Below are positions 24,969 to 37,330 of a stretch of DNA of 64,000 nt, piece after piece. The stretch's first letter is position 1. Each line of letters begins with the position of its first letter. Source of the DNA: Gekko japonicus (taxonomy: Eukaryota); assembly GCF_001447785.1 (NCBI RefSeq), contig NW_015172043.1, forward strand, positions 203,996 to 267,995. Reading direction: 5' to 3'. Made by a program: the position numbers and the translations under genes. The notes below the pieces were generated by a model. The model did not search any database, was not told where the DNA came from, and was given only the letters and a program-made list of their open reading frames with translations.

Positions 24969-27005
24969 CCAGATTTCTTTTGCTTCTTTCTTGAAACTAC
25001 CTGCCTCCGAACTTAAAGACACCGCTGCACTCTACAATGAATGAGCCCCTGGAAGCCTGCCTATCTGCTTCTGATGCATTATGTCTAAAAAGAGCTCACC
25101 TTTTAACAAGTATTTTTCTTCCTCCCCACTGATGTACAGGCCAAATAATTTTTGAAAGAAAAGTTTTTAACAACTTTTTTAATAGTAAAAAGTTTGGCTA
25201 GTACAGCATGGAGGTGGTATTCTGCACTGCATGAAGATTACATGTTCTTCTTTATACATCAGGTTTTTAAAGTTTGCTGTTGGAGAAGCGAGTTGCTTTT
25301 TCATTGTTTTCTTTCTCTGTACTTTTCCTGTAACCTGCCTATCTAAACAAATAGCCCATCATATAGCACAATTGTTCCATATGTACAGAAAGTTAGCACA
25401 CCACCCTAGGCTACAATCCTTCTCTTGACATCAGTGCAAGGGGAGGAGGGAGTCGTTTGTCCCATGAAATGATATATCCCAAAAACAGGTTTACCATATC
25501 GTTGTGAGATAAAACTGTTCCTGGGCTTCTACTTTAGATAGTGGGCTGTGTATTAAGGGTGCACATGGAAAACATAAATATCCTAGTCTACTGCATATGT
25601 ATAAACCAAATGTAAGTAGTGAGACTATAAGCCACCATCCCCTTCCAATCATGAACACAAAATTAATACTCTCGAAGTTATTCACCTTTGGCTTTGTTTC
25701 TCAGTCCACATTTCTTCCCCACACTTTTCCTTTCACCAACCCAAAAAACATACATTTAGATCACATGTGTGAATTTGTAACTTGTGAAGAAAATGAAGCT
25801 GGCTTTCTAAAGTTAAATAGTCAAACCTCAACCAAACCAAAATCCTCATTCAGTCGCAAAGCATACTGGATAAGCTCTGGGATATCACAATCAACTGTGT
25901 CAGGGTTGATGAGGGTTGAGATGAACAATATATACTACCCAGAATTCTCTGGAAGTAAAATGAAATAAAAATGCCATTGACCTCTTTGAAACACAGTGCT
26001 GGTAAGTGAGAGTATCTGAATAAATGGCTCAAAATACAGCATGAGTGTCTAAGAATGTTTTTCCCTGATGCCACTTTCACTTTGGCAAAACTACACAGAA
26101 ATTGAAATAGCGAAAGAATACCTTCAGTGTTTCATCATTCCTAGCATTTTCAGCAATGATTTGTAGTGTCTCATGAATTTTCAGAAAAGACTGGATCCAA
26201 CCAGTTTTCCCCTTTGGTGGAAAAGGAATAAAGGGAGGATCATGGGGCCTGCATGGGCAAAAGCCATGTGGAACAGGGGCTGTAAAAAGGAGGGAATGGC
26301 TGAGATTGAGCAAAAAACCTGGGTGGATCCAACCCAAACGTTACTTATTATTTTGCATGAGAATGTTTTGCTGTATGATATAAAAGTGTGCATTAAGTTC
26401 TTGTTATTGCTTGCTTATATGTAAACGTAACCTTACACCATTCAACAATGGTGCATAAATTCATTTCTTAAATCAGATGTTTTTTGTACTATCTTAAATA
26501 TTCAATTAAATTGAGCTTTTAAAACCAACAAATAGAATTATGAAAAGTTGGGGAGAAGATAGGCTATGATTATAGGTTAGATTTTTGTTGTGATGATGAC
26601 AACCAGAGTTACCCCTATGTTTATTTATATACCACAACACTATCATAGTTTTAATGAAATTACAGGAAACTGAAAACATTAGGTCTAGCTTTTGTGGTAG
26701 CAATAATTAGAAACTATGTTTATTAAAGTATGAAAGCTTGAAGGCTGAAAATTATACCATTTTACAAACAGGGGCAACTGGGAGGGAAACTGCTGATGTG
26801 CTCTATTCTAGTCTTTTTATGACTAGCCTTTTACTGAACATTCAACATTGTATTTAGGTTCACAAGTTCAATGTATATGAATAAACAGAAACCTACTGAA
26901 TTGGGCTGCCTAGCCCCACAACTCTAGGGTCACAAACTTGCTGGAAATCGTGCAGCTAAATATTTCTGAAAGCAATGTCTGCAAAGTATAAAATAAAATA
27001 CGCAC

Positions 27006-27100
27006 TGTTCCAGAGAGGACGTCATGAGGGCAGCAGTTGAGAAGATGACTTTTGCATACTCTGTCATCACTGAATTTGATTCGCTGACGGGTAGTGTCCC
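27006..27100 (-). CDS. LUC7L2: LUC7L2 exon 2 (zinc finger 1)
   Basis: 95 nt, ttacag / gtgcgt. Encodes GDTTRQRIKFSDDRVCKSHLLNCCPHDVLSGT. Confidence 0.97.
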
Positions 27101-28428
27101 CTGTAACACAGAAATACACATCACGGATTAGACAAATACGTAAAGTTCTAAAGGCCAGTGTTGTTTCATTTGCACCCAAAGGATTGTTCTCCATGTTACA
27201 CAAAGAGAATCTGACAAGGTAGAATCTAAAACTTGACAATAGCTCAGTAATTATTTAAATGTAGTAATTATTTTATATACTGTATGACACTAAAAGTTAA
27301 ACATGTAACTACACATGGTGAAAATTCATTGCTTTTACAGTGTATGTACAGAAGTCACAGATTCTAACACACGTGGACTGTACTTGAGTTTCTACTGAAT
27401 GCCACTGACATTTCTTCAAGCCTTTATTCATGGCATGGTTGCAAAGACCTTTTACTTTGGGCAGGCTGAACGCAGGTGGATGAGTTGATAAACCTAGAAC
27501 ACTGGAAGAAACAGGAACTCTACCAGCAGTATTAAACAATTTATACTTCATAAGCTAAACACAGTGTATCTGCATTAATAGCAAAATGAAACTTCTAGAA
27601 ACACAAAAGCATCAGCCTGCTTACCACACATTGAAGTCCAATTGCAAGTCTAATCAATCACATCTGTGAACAAGGTTGGAAATATTAGATCTAAATTGTT
27701 AGCTCAATTACCTGGCTACTGATTTACTGCAAGGGTTACTGTCCCTCAAGGTACAATAGAAAGGTCGTTATTTCATATTTGCAAAGGAGGTCCTGTCTAA
27801 AGATGCAGCAGCAGTTTCACAACTCATGTATTTTATTTATTCCTTAAAATTGCCATTGTGTAAAGTGAAAACCTATTGGTGAATTACCGAAGCAGAAGAA
27901 ATCTGCTTTCTGAAGCAGAAAAAGGATGTGTTCACAACTTCTCTTCCCGACTTTACCTCAAAAGGTAGAAACAGTAGTAGTTACAAATGCAGTTGTTGCT
28001 TCTTTCTATTGATTGGAGCACTCAATTTAAATCTATGCTCCAAATCCCTGACCTAATCATTCCATTGTATAAATTCAGTTTTAACAATCTGCCCTAAGCA
28101 GAGATAAAAGGCAAACTTTTTTTCAGAGGACCATATTCTTCTTAAACTTTGATTTTAGAAACAAACATTAACAGAATAATCAGACTGAGTAATTCACTTC
28201 CTAAAACAGCTTCAGAGTAGTTCAACAATAGGTTTTCAAATGCTAGGTCTCTCAATTTAATAGATCTAAATGAATGAAAATTTAGAGTTGCCCTTAAAAG
28301 TCATGCCTACTACTGCAGAATACTTGAGGGAATGTGGGTACTTTCCTCCCAATCTTGCTCTCTTTTTAAGACACATGTGCGCTGGTTCCACATTAATTAA
28401 CACATCTGAAAAGTTAGCAATAACTCAC

Positions 28429-28499
28429 GGCTCGGCGAATGCGGGGCCTTTCTGACACTCCCTTGCAGAATGAAGTAGGCAGGCAAAGATACATTGAAC
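28429..28499 (-). other. LUC7L2: LUC7L2 71-nt alternative (poison) cassette exon in intron 1
   Basis: cttgttttatttataaag| ... GCC|gtgagt. The 71-nt length shifts the frame and gives TGA at 19989-19987 in exon 3. The other frame, PAYFILQGSVRKAPHSPSR, matches my recollection of an alternative human LUC7L2 N-terminus. Confidence 0.8.
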
Positions 28500-29780
28500 C
28501 TTTATAAATAAAACAAGGGGCCAGATTGTTCAGTTTGTATATAATAAACTCTGCCAGCATTTTCATCACAGCATCTAGAAATACATGTTAATTGTAAAAA
28601 ACGGAGGGAAACCTGAATGATGTTGGGCCTGACAGCGATGCACTAGCCTATTTTGGGGGAATTTACTGAAAATAGCTGTCACTTAACCAGGGCTGGGCTG
28701 GGAAAATATTTTAATTCCTAGGTATCAATATTTTGTTTATACTTCTTCCTCTAAAATTACCTATGCATTTGATGTTGGACCTAAAATTTGATTCTGGTGC
28801 CTAGAATTTGAAATATTTTCCAGTCCTGCTTATAAATATTGTCAAGACAGGGCATGACAAATATAGCTGTTTCCATTCTTAAAACAGTTTTCAGCAACTG
28901 CAGCTTGATCACAAAATGTAATTCATTATGTATAAAAGTGAATTCTGATGGGAAAAGTAAAATTTTAAATAAATTGAAATCATAATTTTTGCTCATTTAT
29001 TTTTTAAAAAAATGTTTAGAATATGGTTGCTACTGTAGCTCATCAGCACCCAGGTATAAAGATATTTTAAAAACCTATTGTTACATACTCCAGTGCCCCC
29101 AGATGCTTTTACTTTATTAATGACATAAAATAGCAATATTGAATGTATGCAATTATAAAATTAAGTTCATCTTTAGAAACAGCAGCTTCCTTTTTTTGCA
29201 AGGTATCTGGCCCAAACCATATTTCCATAACAGAGATGGAAGCAATTATAGAAAACCTGTGAGGATAATTGCTATGCATACATATTACATCTTTTCCTGG
29301 ATTTTAAAACTCAACTCCTTGTAATGTTCAAGGAACCATACTCCACCCAACCTCAAATCCAAAAGCAATATCCAAATTTCCACTACAACTAGGTATTAAA
29401 TAAGTCATGGTCATAACAAGGTATTTAAGAAATATATGAGCCTCCTTTTATAACGGCTTGCTTTTCAGATTACACCTTATGCAACACTGTTGCAGTTATT
29501 TATTTAACAAAGATATGGATTCACAGGTTAACTAAAGCGGAGGTCTGCAACAATATGTGTTTAACCCACATTCTTTTAATAACTCTTGGTTTCAGGTCTA
29601 TCCATGATTTTTGCCATTTATGGCACTATATATATATATCTCCTACATACATTAATGGCACAGTTATACTTTTATAACTGTATTTGTTTACCTCCAGTTA
29701 TTAGCGATTTAAGGGAAAATAATCAAATAGAAAAGCAACAAACATCCAGATAAGACAAATGGAATTTAGCTCTACCATAA

Positions 29781-30010
29781 TATAAGAACATACAAACAGC
29801 CCTGCTGGATCAAGACCAGTGGTCCATTTAGTCCAACATCCTGTCTCACACAATGGCCAGCCAGTTACTCTTAAGTACCAACAACAGGGCACAGAGGCCA
29901 AGGCCTTCTCCTGATATTTCCTCCTGGCACTGGAATTCAGGTTTACTGCCTCTGAATGTGAAGGTTCCCTTTAGTCACTATGCACAGTAGCCACTGACAG
30001 ACCTATCATA
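29781..30010 (-). mobile_element. CR1 3' end fragment
   Basis: ataagaacata tail and ctggatca..ccatttagtccaacatcctgtctcaca, the reverse complement of the CR1 3' UTR at 15600-15676. Confidence 0.7.
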
Positions 30011-30160
30011 ACTCACGTCTTTTATAAAGCATCCCTGCTTGGATTTCTGTAAATACAGCGTTGCAAGTATTTTCATTGATGGGAGACTATAATGTAATTC
30101 AACCAGTAGCTTAAATTGTTCATAACAGAAACTCAACAATATCAGTGTGGTGTAGAGAAC

Positions 30161-30618
30161 CTGTGTGATGTAGTGGTTAGAGTGTTGGACTAAGATCTGA
30201 GAGACCCAGGTTCGAATCCCTTCTCTGCCATGGAAGCTTGCTGGCTGTCTTTGGGCCAGTTACATAGCTTAACCTACCTCACAGGGTTGTTGTGAGGAAA
30301 ACTGGAGGCGGAGAGAAGGATGTAAGCTGCTTTGGGTCCCTATCGGGAAGAAACAGGGGTATAAATGAAGTAAAAAAAACCAAACAAACTGTGTGATGTA
30401 GTGGTTAGAGTGTCGGACTAAGATCTGAGAGACCCAGGTTCGAATCCCTTCTCTGCCATGGAAGCTTGCTGGCTGTCTTTGGGCCAGTTACATAGCTTAA
30501 CCTACCTCACAGGGTTGTTGTGAGGAAAACTGGAGGCGGAGAGAAGGATGTAAGCTGCTTTGGGTCCCTATCGGGAAGAAACAGGGGTATAAATGAAGTT
30601 AAAAAACAAAACAAAAAC
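30161..30618 (+). repeat. Head-to-tail tandem duplication of a ~228-bp tRNA-derived SINE
   Basis: Units 30161-30388 and 30389-~30618 are identical except for one T/C and the A-rich tail. Each has an A box (TAGTGGTTAGAG) and a B box (GGTTCGAATCC). Confidence 0.9.
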
Positions 30619-33121
30619 TAAATCACTGAGTGCTTCCCATTCCAAAATCCCAGGCAAGTAAGCTGTGCCTTGAGCAGACATTACCTAAAGTTAGCTTCCT
30701 TTCCTTCCCAATGGACACAGGGTCTGTTCTGAGACACCATAAGCAACCCCCCACTTTGTCTTCTGCTACCCCTACAACCCCAACCCTCAATCAGAGCGCA
30801 CTGCTATACAGGCATCATAAATTCTTCTCTGACCCCTCTCTACCTACTGCATTTGTACACTAATTCTTTTTTCAAGAGGCTGAGGTTCAGTTATGCAGTT
30901 CTAACCCTAAGCAACAATCCTACAAAACAGGTTAGGCTGAGACTGACTTGCCTAACCTCATCCACCAAGCTTCACAGCTGAGCAGGGATATGAACATTAG
31001 TACAACACGCAAACCACTACTTCACAGTAGCTCTCCCCTTTCTGAACCACACCATGCTCCAAATCACTCAAAACTAAATCCAGGTTCATTATTTTTAAAA
31101 ACTAAACACACACACAAAATACAGGAAAAAATCGTGAGAAAAAAAACTGAACAACCCTGTAAATGGAAGAACTCAGAATCTAAGCATGTTTAGCTGTGGA
31201 AATGTCAGCAAGTGGGAAGTAAAGTTCCTGCCTGTCATGTTCATGGATCTTTCTTATAAGGTCCACACAGATTAACATTTCTCATATAGCAAACACAGCC
31301 ACTGCAGGGAAAAAGCATTTGTTAAAATCAACCTGCAAGCTCCATTCTGAGCAGCATCAAAGAAGTCATCTTGGTCTCTTCTGACCACACAAACCAGGAA
31401 ACACTATACAGGGGAAGGAAATAACATTTTATCACATGACTTCTATTATGACATTTAATTATAAAGAAGTATCGGGATATTGCTGAAGCATTTTTTAAAA
31501 ATGAACAAATTTTGATCTGGGAAAGAGGACTTAAGAACTTTCAGATATCCTCAAGTTCTAGTCATTTTGCTCCTAACAACTCAAGATCAAGGTCTCCAGA
31601 ATAGATCTGTGTTCTTCTAAAGATACTTTAACAGACACTCCTTTATTTCTAGAAAGAAGTATAATTTATTACTTTTTAAAATTCATTCTAATAAAGTCCT
31701 ACATATCTATTTATGGACTATCAGGTCACATGTAAACTGTAATGTATACCTGACCTTACTAGCCAACTCAGCTGCATTTTTCAATGTGGTTTCAACGATG
31801 CTGGAATTATTCTATGTTAAAATATACTTTAAGTGAAAGGACTTATATATTTTTTTAAAATGTCATGTTAATTAAGCAAAACAGGAATCCAGTTGCACTT
31901 TACAGACTAACAATATTTATTCCAGCATCAGCTTTTGTGAACTCACTTTCATGAAGTGAGCTGACTCACAAAACCACAATAGAATAAATTTTGTTAATTA
32001 TTTTGAGGCACTCTTCCTCTTTTTTTATTCCTAGGGACCAAATAAGCTACTTATCTGGAACTATCCTGGTTAAGAGAATTCACACACTTGAGTTGTAAAA
32101 CAGTATGAAAACTGCAGAAACTGCAGCAAAATAATTCTGTCAAAGCTAGCACTTTGTAATTAAAAATCAGGAAAGCCCTGGAACTCTATAAACAGAATCT
32201 GGAGCATTCTGCTGAATCTGCTGCTCAAGGCACTGAATTATGGCTATCATTACAGCGTTCTTTTTGGCAAAATAAAGTACCAGATTGAAAAATAGGTGTA
32301 TATAATCTGACACAAGACTTGCATTGTTGTTACAATATGAATGCTTTTAAAACCAGTAATTTTAGGTCCAAGCCAACAACTTAAATTCCTTCAGCAAAAC
32401 CTGCGAGAAAATTAAATGAGAAATCCTTGGACCAGGCCTCCAAAAATCCACTAATGAGAAAAGGGGTATCATTATGGGCTTATCTTTGGGACAAAGTTTG
32501 AGTCCAGTGTTCTGCTGCTTCAGACCAACACCCGAATTTATCTTTAGGACAGAAAGCTTTGCCCACGATTTCTCATTACAAAACATAAAGCAACACAAGG
32601 GACCTTAGGTCTCCTCAATTTCTCTAGCATACTCAAAAGAAACACAGAAGGAAAGAGGTCAGTAGCAACCACAAAATATCGGTAGGTAGTAGATGAGAAT
32701 TTCTTATCAATTTGCATCCGGGTATTTTTGTACTCAAAGAAAATCTCTCTCTGTGGAGAGGTAAATGTTCTCCAGGCTATTAAGAAGAGTCATCAGGTTG
32801 TCAGGAGGCTCTGTATCTCTCTAGGACACTTAAAATGATTCCATGGATTAGTCTTTTTTATAAACAAACAACAAAAAAAACCATGGGGCACTTCACATTC
32901 CCAATGTTTTAAGGATTGGGGTAAAAAACCTCCATGACAGCAAAAACCAATAGCTCATTAGGGGCTAGTTTGTACTACAGCTGCCTTTTTGTTTACAGAA
33001 AGAAAACCAAGTTTGAGACCAGTGGCATGTTTAAGATCAACTTTAACTCAAACTTTGTTCTGCTGCTTCAGACCAACACAGCTACCTACCAGAAAGAAAA
33101 CTATTTATACATAGTTGTGCC

Positions 33122-33330
33122 TTGACCTCAAAGGCCCAGGCTAGCCTGATCTTGTCAGATCTCGGAAGGTAAGTAGGCCCTGATTGGTACTTGGATGGGA
33201 GACCACCAAGGAAGTCTAAGGGTCGCTATGCAGAGGCAGCCAATGGCGAAACACCTCTAAATGTCTCTTGCCTTGAAAACCTTATGGGGTAACCATAAGT
33301 TGCCTGCAACTTAATGGCACTTTCCACCAT
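33122..33330 (+). mobile_element. 5S rRNA-derived SINE (5S-Sauria-like)
   Basis: 5S-like GATCTTGTCAGATCTCGGAAG..GTACTTGGATGGGAGACC head, followed by a non-5S body (ttgccttgaaaacc..ccataagt). Confidence 0.75.
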
Positions 33331-35426
33331 TACATAGCTGTATTCTTAGCATTCTGCCCCAAGTGTTCAAATGGGTTGGAAATATGCCCACAATATCAGC
33401 AGCATGAGTCTACTCTAGCAAATATTGCTATTGTAAGGTATTTCAAAATGATTATGTGAATTCTATTAAATAATGATTCAAAACATGTGTCCAGAATCTC
33501 AAACTTAAGTAAAGCACTAAACATGGTAGGCATAAAAGATTGTAGTTCTTTTTAGATACAGGTCTCTAATATTTATCCACTTCTAATGTGCTCAATTACC
33601 ACAGGTTGATATAACCCACAGCTGACTTTTGGTCACTGAAAACTAGATCCCCGTATTTCCATGATGTTTTGTGCTTTCATGCCAATAAAGGTTTTGTGTG
33701 TGTGTGAAGACTAGATCAGTAGGAATCTAGAAACTGAGAATCACCAATTCTGACTGCTGCAAATTTGCTGCAGGGGAGCGGAGCTACCCATTTCATTATT
33801 TCAGAACCCCAAATCTGTATAAATGAAAAATATGATTTATGCAATATACAAGTATTTTGCCTTTGTTCTTCAAGATCAGTCCACTGAAGAAACCGATCAT
33901 ATTTACCTGGATCACTAAGTTTCCATCTACCTATAGTCCTACCTGTTTTCTCATCCCCCCCTTGTGAGACAATCATGTAAAGTGTGTATAGACAATCATG
34001 GAAAGGTTGAAGTCTAGAAGCCTGGGAAACTCTAGACCAAGAGAATGAACTAGCCAAAACCTGTCATATTAATTAGGTCTTTTCAATTTCGATTAACTGC
34101 ACTGAAAATTCTGAGTGAGATATGTGTATCAAATGTACATACAACAGTAATAAATGATTTCCCCCCCGTTTCAACCATGATAATTTTCATTATAAGTATC
34201 AAGGTAACGTCTAAGCACATAGGCATCCAATAATATTCTGATTACATGGTTTTATGGACACTGAAATGAACCCTATGTCGTTAAGCCTCTGATCATGTAT
34301 AAAAAAACCAGGACCAAATTAGAAAAACAAGAGCGAGTCTGTCATGACCTGAAAGAATTATGTAAAAACACTCACAGGGCCATAGTCTAAATACAGAATT
34401 TTTAGGAAGTAATGTGAGTATCATTAGTAAGCCTGCATTTTTCACATTAGTATAGGTAGTACTGATAACAACTAAGTTTATTGAGCAGTTTTCAAGTCTG
34501 TTAAAAAGTGGAATATAGAGATTTGAAGAGGGGGAGGGTATCACAGAAAAAAGCTTGGAAGAAGCACCTTTTCCAATGCAAAAGTTAGAAAGCTGGGGAG
34601 CACTAAAATAACTCCTATTAAATATTTTATCTTTTGGAATTAGTTAAACCTTATTAAGGCAATGTTCTACTCGCTCAAATGTATAATACAATTATTGTTA
34701 TAAAAGATTCTTCTGTCTACTGTAGACATAAAGTTTTCAATAATTTATTATTTAAATGTAACTATCTAGTTCACAAGTACTATACAAAAATCTGTCTGGT
34801 GATAACATGTTTTCACTGTTATAAAGTTTAACTTGATATACAGGTATGATTCTGAATGAGTTCATTTCTATCCAAACAATATACTTTCTTTTATTTGCAA
34901 ATATTGCGTTTTCTACTTTTGTCTTTTTTTCCTTAGCTTTTTGATGACAAAAACCATCTATATCATTATAAACAGTACAATTTCATATGCAAAGTTAAAA
35001 ATGATGCACATTATGTTATTAAAGCAGAAAAATAAGTTTATGGTTGAATCTTAACCATTTCCCCCCCAAATTTCAATTCCCCCTACCCCAAAGAAACAAG
35101 ACAAAATTGAGTTTTCGTCTATGGCTTCTGGAAACTTTTCCTCTCTAAGTTGATATATTCATTATTTGAACAAACCAATGCCAATAAGTCTGTGGCTTAT
35201 AGATACACTTAAAACTTTGATGCTAGCAGTATTGTACTTGATTTCATTTCTAAACCCTGTGTAGAGTTCACAGCTTCTATACAGACACTGCTCCCACCTG
35301 AATTCCAAGGGCCTCTGACAAACTGAAGATAATAAATAAAATCACCTAAGACAAGTGTAAAAGTATGAAGCAGGTCAAAAATTAAATAAATAACCACATT
35401 ACTAAAGGAGATTCAGGAGTTACAAT

Positions 35427-35632
35427 CAATGCTCCCTCTAAGCTGTGGAGTCATGTGAGCAAAAATTCTACTTTGTGAGCTACTGGCACTAAAGTTGTGA
35501 GTGAGCAATTTGGCTGCTGCATAACTTAGTTTGCTCTGGAGCCATCCTTCCTGAGCTAAGACAAAAATGTGTGAGCCAGAAGCTAAAAAACTGTGAGCTA
35601 GCTCACACTAAATCAGCTTAGAGGGAACACTG
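35427..35632 (+). mobile_element. hAT MITE
   Basis: TIRs CAATGCTCCCTCTAAGCTG / CAGCTTAGAGGGAACACTG; perfect 8-bp TSD GTTACAAT. Confidence 0.9.
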
Positions 35633-36359
35633 GTTACAATCCAAATGATTAATAAGATGCTGTGCCAAGGAGGATGAAATGGACATATTTCAAGTGCCAG
35701 AAATACTGAAAGGGATAACACGTTAACCTAAAGGAAGCAAATTTAGGTTAAATAGTATGAAAGCCTCAAAGCATCACTTAATAGCCAGAACAAACTGCCT
35801 TGTAGGTAAGGGAAGATTTCCTTTACATGCAGATTTCATAGGATAGCACATCCACTGCTCTCTCTTCTCTCCCCCGTAAATGATCAGTATGTGTCAGGAT
35901 AAATGGTTAAGATTTACAGTAATGCCTATGAAATTCACTAATGAATGAGACTGCTCTGAGTTCCATGGAAATACACAAATAGTTCCATAAAACAGGTACT
36001 TACAGGTCTCCTTAGAAAGCTTGTTATTACCGGTTTTATTCCAATTATGTCATTCATATTTAAAGAAATAAAAGATAACAGGAAAGCCAGAAATGGATGC
36101 TGACAAATTCTGATACCTCAATTATGTAGAAATTTCTATAGCGATTTTGGTTTGAAATGCTGGTTTGAGTCAGATTTCCAGTAGGCTGGCCATGAGCAAA
36201 ACTACACTTCATCCGTTTGGAATTGTGGCCGAATCAAACCGATTTACGCCTCCTCCCGTTACAATAAGGCAAACTGCTGTTTCACTGAGCCGAGATGAAC
36301 TACGGATGGGGCAATTTCGTGTTTCGATGTTAACTAGAGCCTGGTCCAGTCGATCCCCT

Positions 36360-37330
36360 GGTTGAGACAGTGTCACCTCAATGTCGCGCACGTAGCGGAC
36401 GACAGAACTACCCATTCTTCAATACAGCGGAAGACACAGCTAGCCCCTCCCTCAAGGGAGGCCGCTGGCGTCTGTTCTCGCACGCCCCCCCCCCCCCCGA
36501 CAACCACTTTTTAGCGATTCACAGCGGCGGCACCGGGACGCCGGCCTCTCACCCCGCCCCTATAGGGGAGGAGGAAAAGACGCTACGCAGGTCCTGCCAA
36601 TCACCGCACCAGGCCTTTCTTGCCCCTCTCCCCTACACCGGCTCTCCTCCGCCTTCTTCGGGCCTGACGAGCAGGCAGTACTTCTTACCGTCCCGGGAGG
36701 TGCCCATGAGCTGGTCCAGCATCGCGCGCATTTGGGCCTGTGCCGACATCCTGAAAGCGCGCGGGGCCCGGGAGGGCCGGCCTGGTCCCTGTAAGCCCCG
36801 CCCACAGCGGCCTAGAAGGTGTCGAGCCCGACGCGGCGGTCGCTTCTCTCAGGGACAAGCTCAGGCGGAATCGCGCGCGCCCTCTGTCTCTCTTTCGCGC
36901 CGTAGTGGTTACAGCGACGCCTTCAGCCTCTGTTCTTGCTGAAAGGGAAGGCGAGTGACCGCCTCGTGCCAGTCTGTGTCTGAGGACGGCGGGTCCCCGT
37001 ATGCTCGCCCCCTTCACGCCTGCCTCACTAGGCGCGCGCGCCGCCAGGCGGTAACGGACATCCGCGCGCACGCGCCATTCTCCCGCCTCCCTTGGCGACT
37101 AGTATCCCATTGATTGGCCAAGCCGAGCTTGCTGCGTCTGTGATGTAAAGCGTCCTCGCTGATTGGCCTTGAGAAATCGTCGGCCCCTCGGACCGGCGCT
37201 AGAGCTGATTGGAGACGCAGCCGCCAGCCTTTTTCTGTGACTTTTCTCCTTTGAATCGGCCAAGCGTCACTGGCTCACCATCGATTAAGTTATTAAGAAT
37301 ATCCCCGCCCCGCGCCTAGCGAAGCCAGTT
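36360..37330 (-). promoter_or_regulatory. LUC7L2 CpG-island promoter with three CCAAT boxes and a GC box
   Basis: Dense CpG. ATTGG at 37113, 37162 and 37208 (CCAAT on the gene strand). CCCCGCCCC near 37302. Confidence 0.8.
36689..36749 (-). CDS. LUC7L2: LUC7L2 exon 1 coding part
   Basis: MSAQAQMRAMLDQLMGTSRD(G), 61 nt, donor G|gtaag. Exons 1-10 join into a 1203-nt CDS (400 aa). Confidence 0.97.

Noticed and set aside
30161-30240. tRNA-like sequences with A and B boxes (also near 12180-12256 and 21715-21770)
   Set aside because: SINE heads that run into SINE bodies; no complete cloverleaf.
33135-33215. 5S rRNA-like sequences (also near 38410, 39600 and 50200)
   Set aside because: Partial, diverged and fused to a shared SINE tail; not 5S genes.
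7469-36688. U12-type introns in LUC7L2, given the neighbouring U12 gene
   Set aside because: No donor has the RTATCCTT signature; all are U2-type GT-AG.
36165-37071. Several 66-190 aa ORFs around LUC7L2 exon 1
   Set aside because: Stop-poor GC-rich CpG island; low-complexity Pro/Arg/Ser translations with no recognisable domain.
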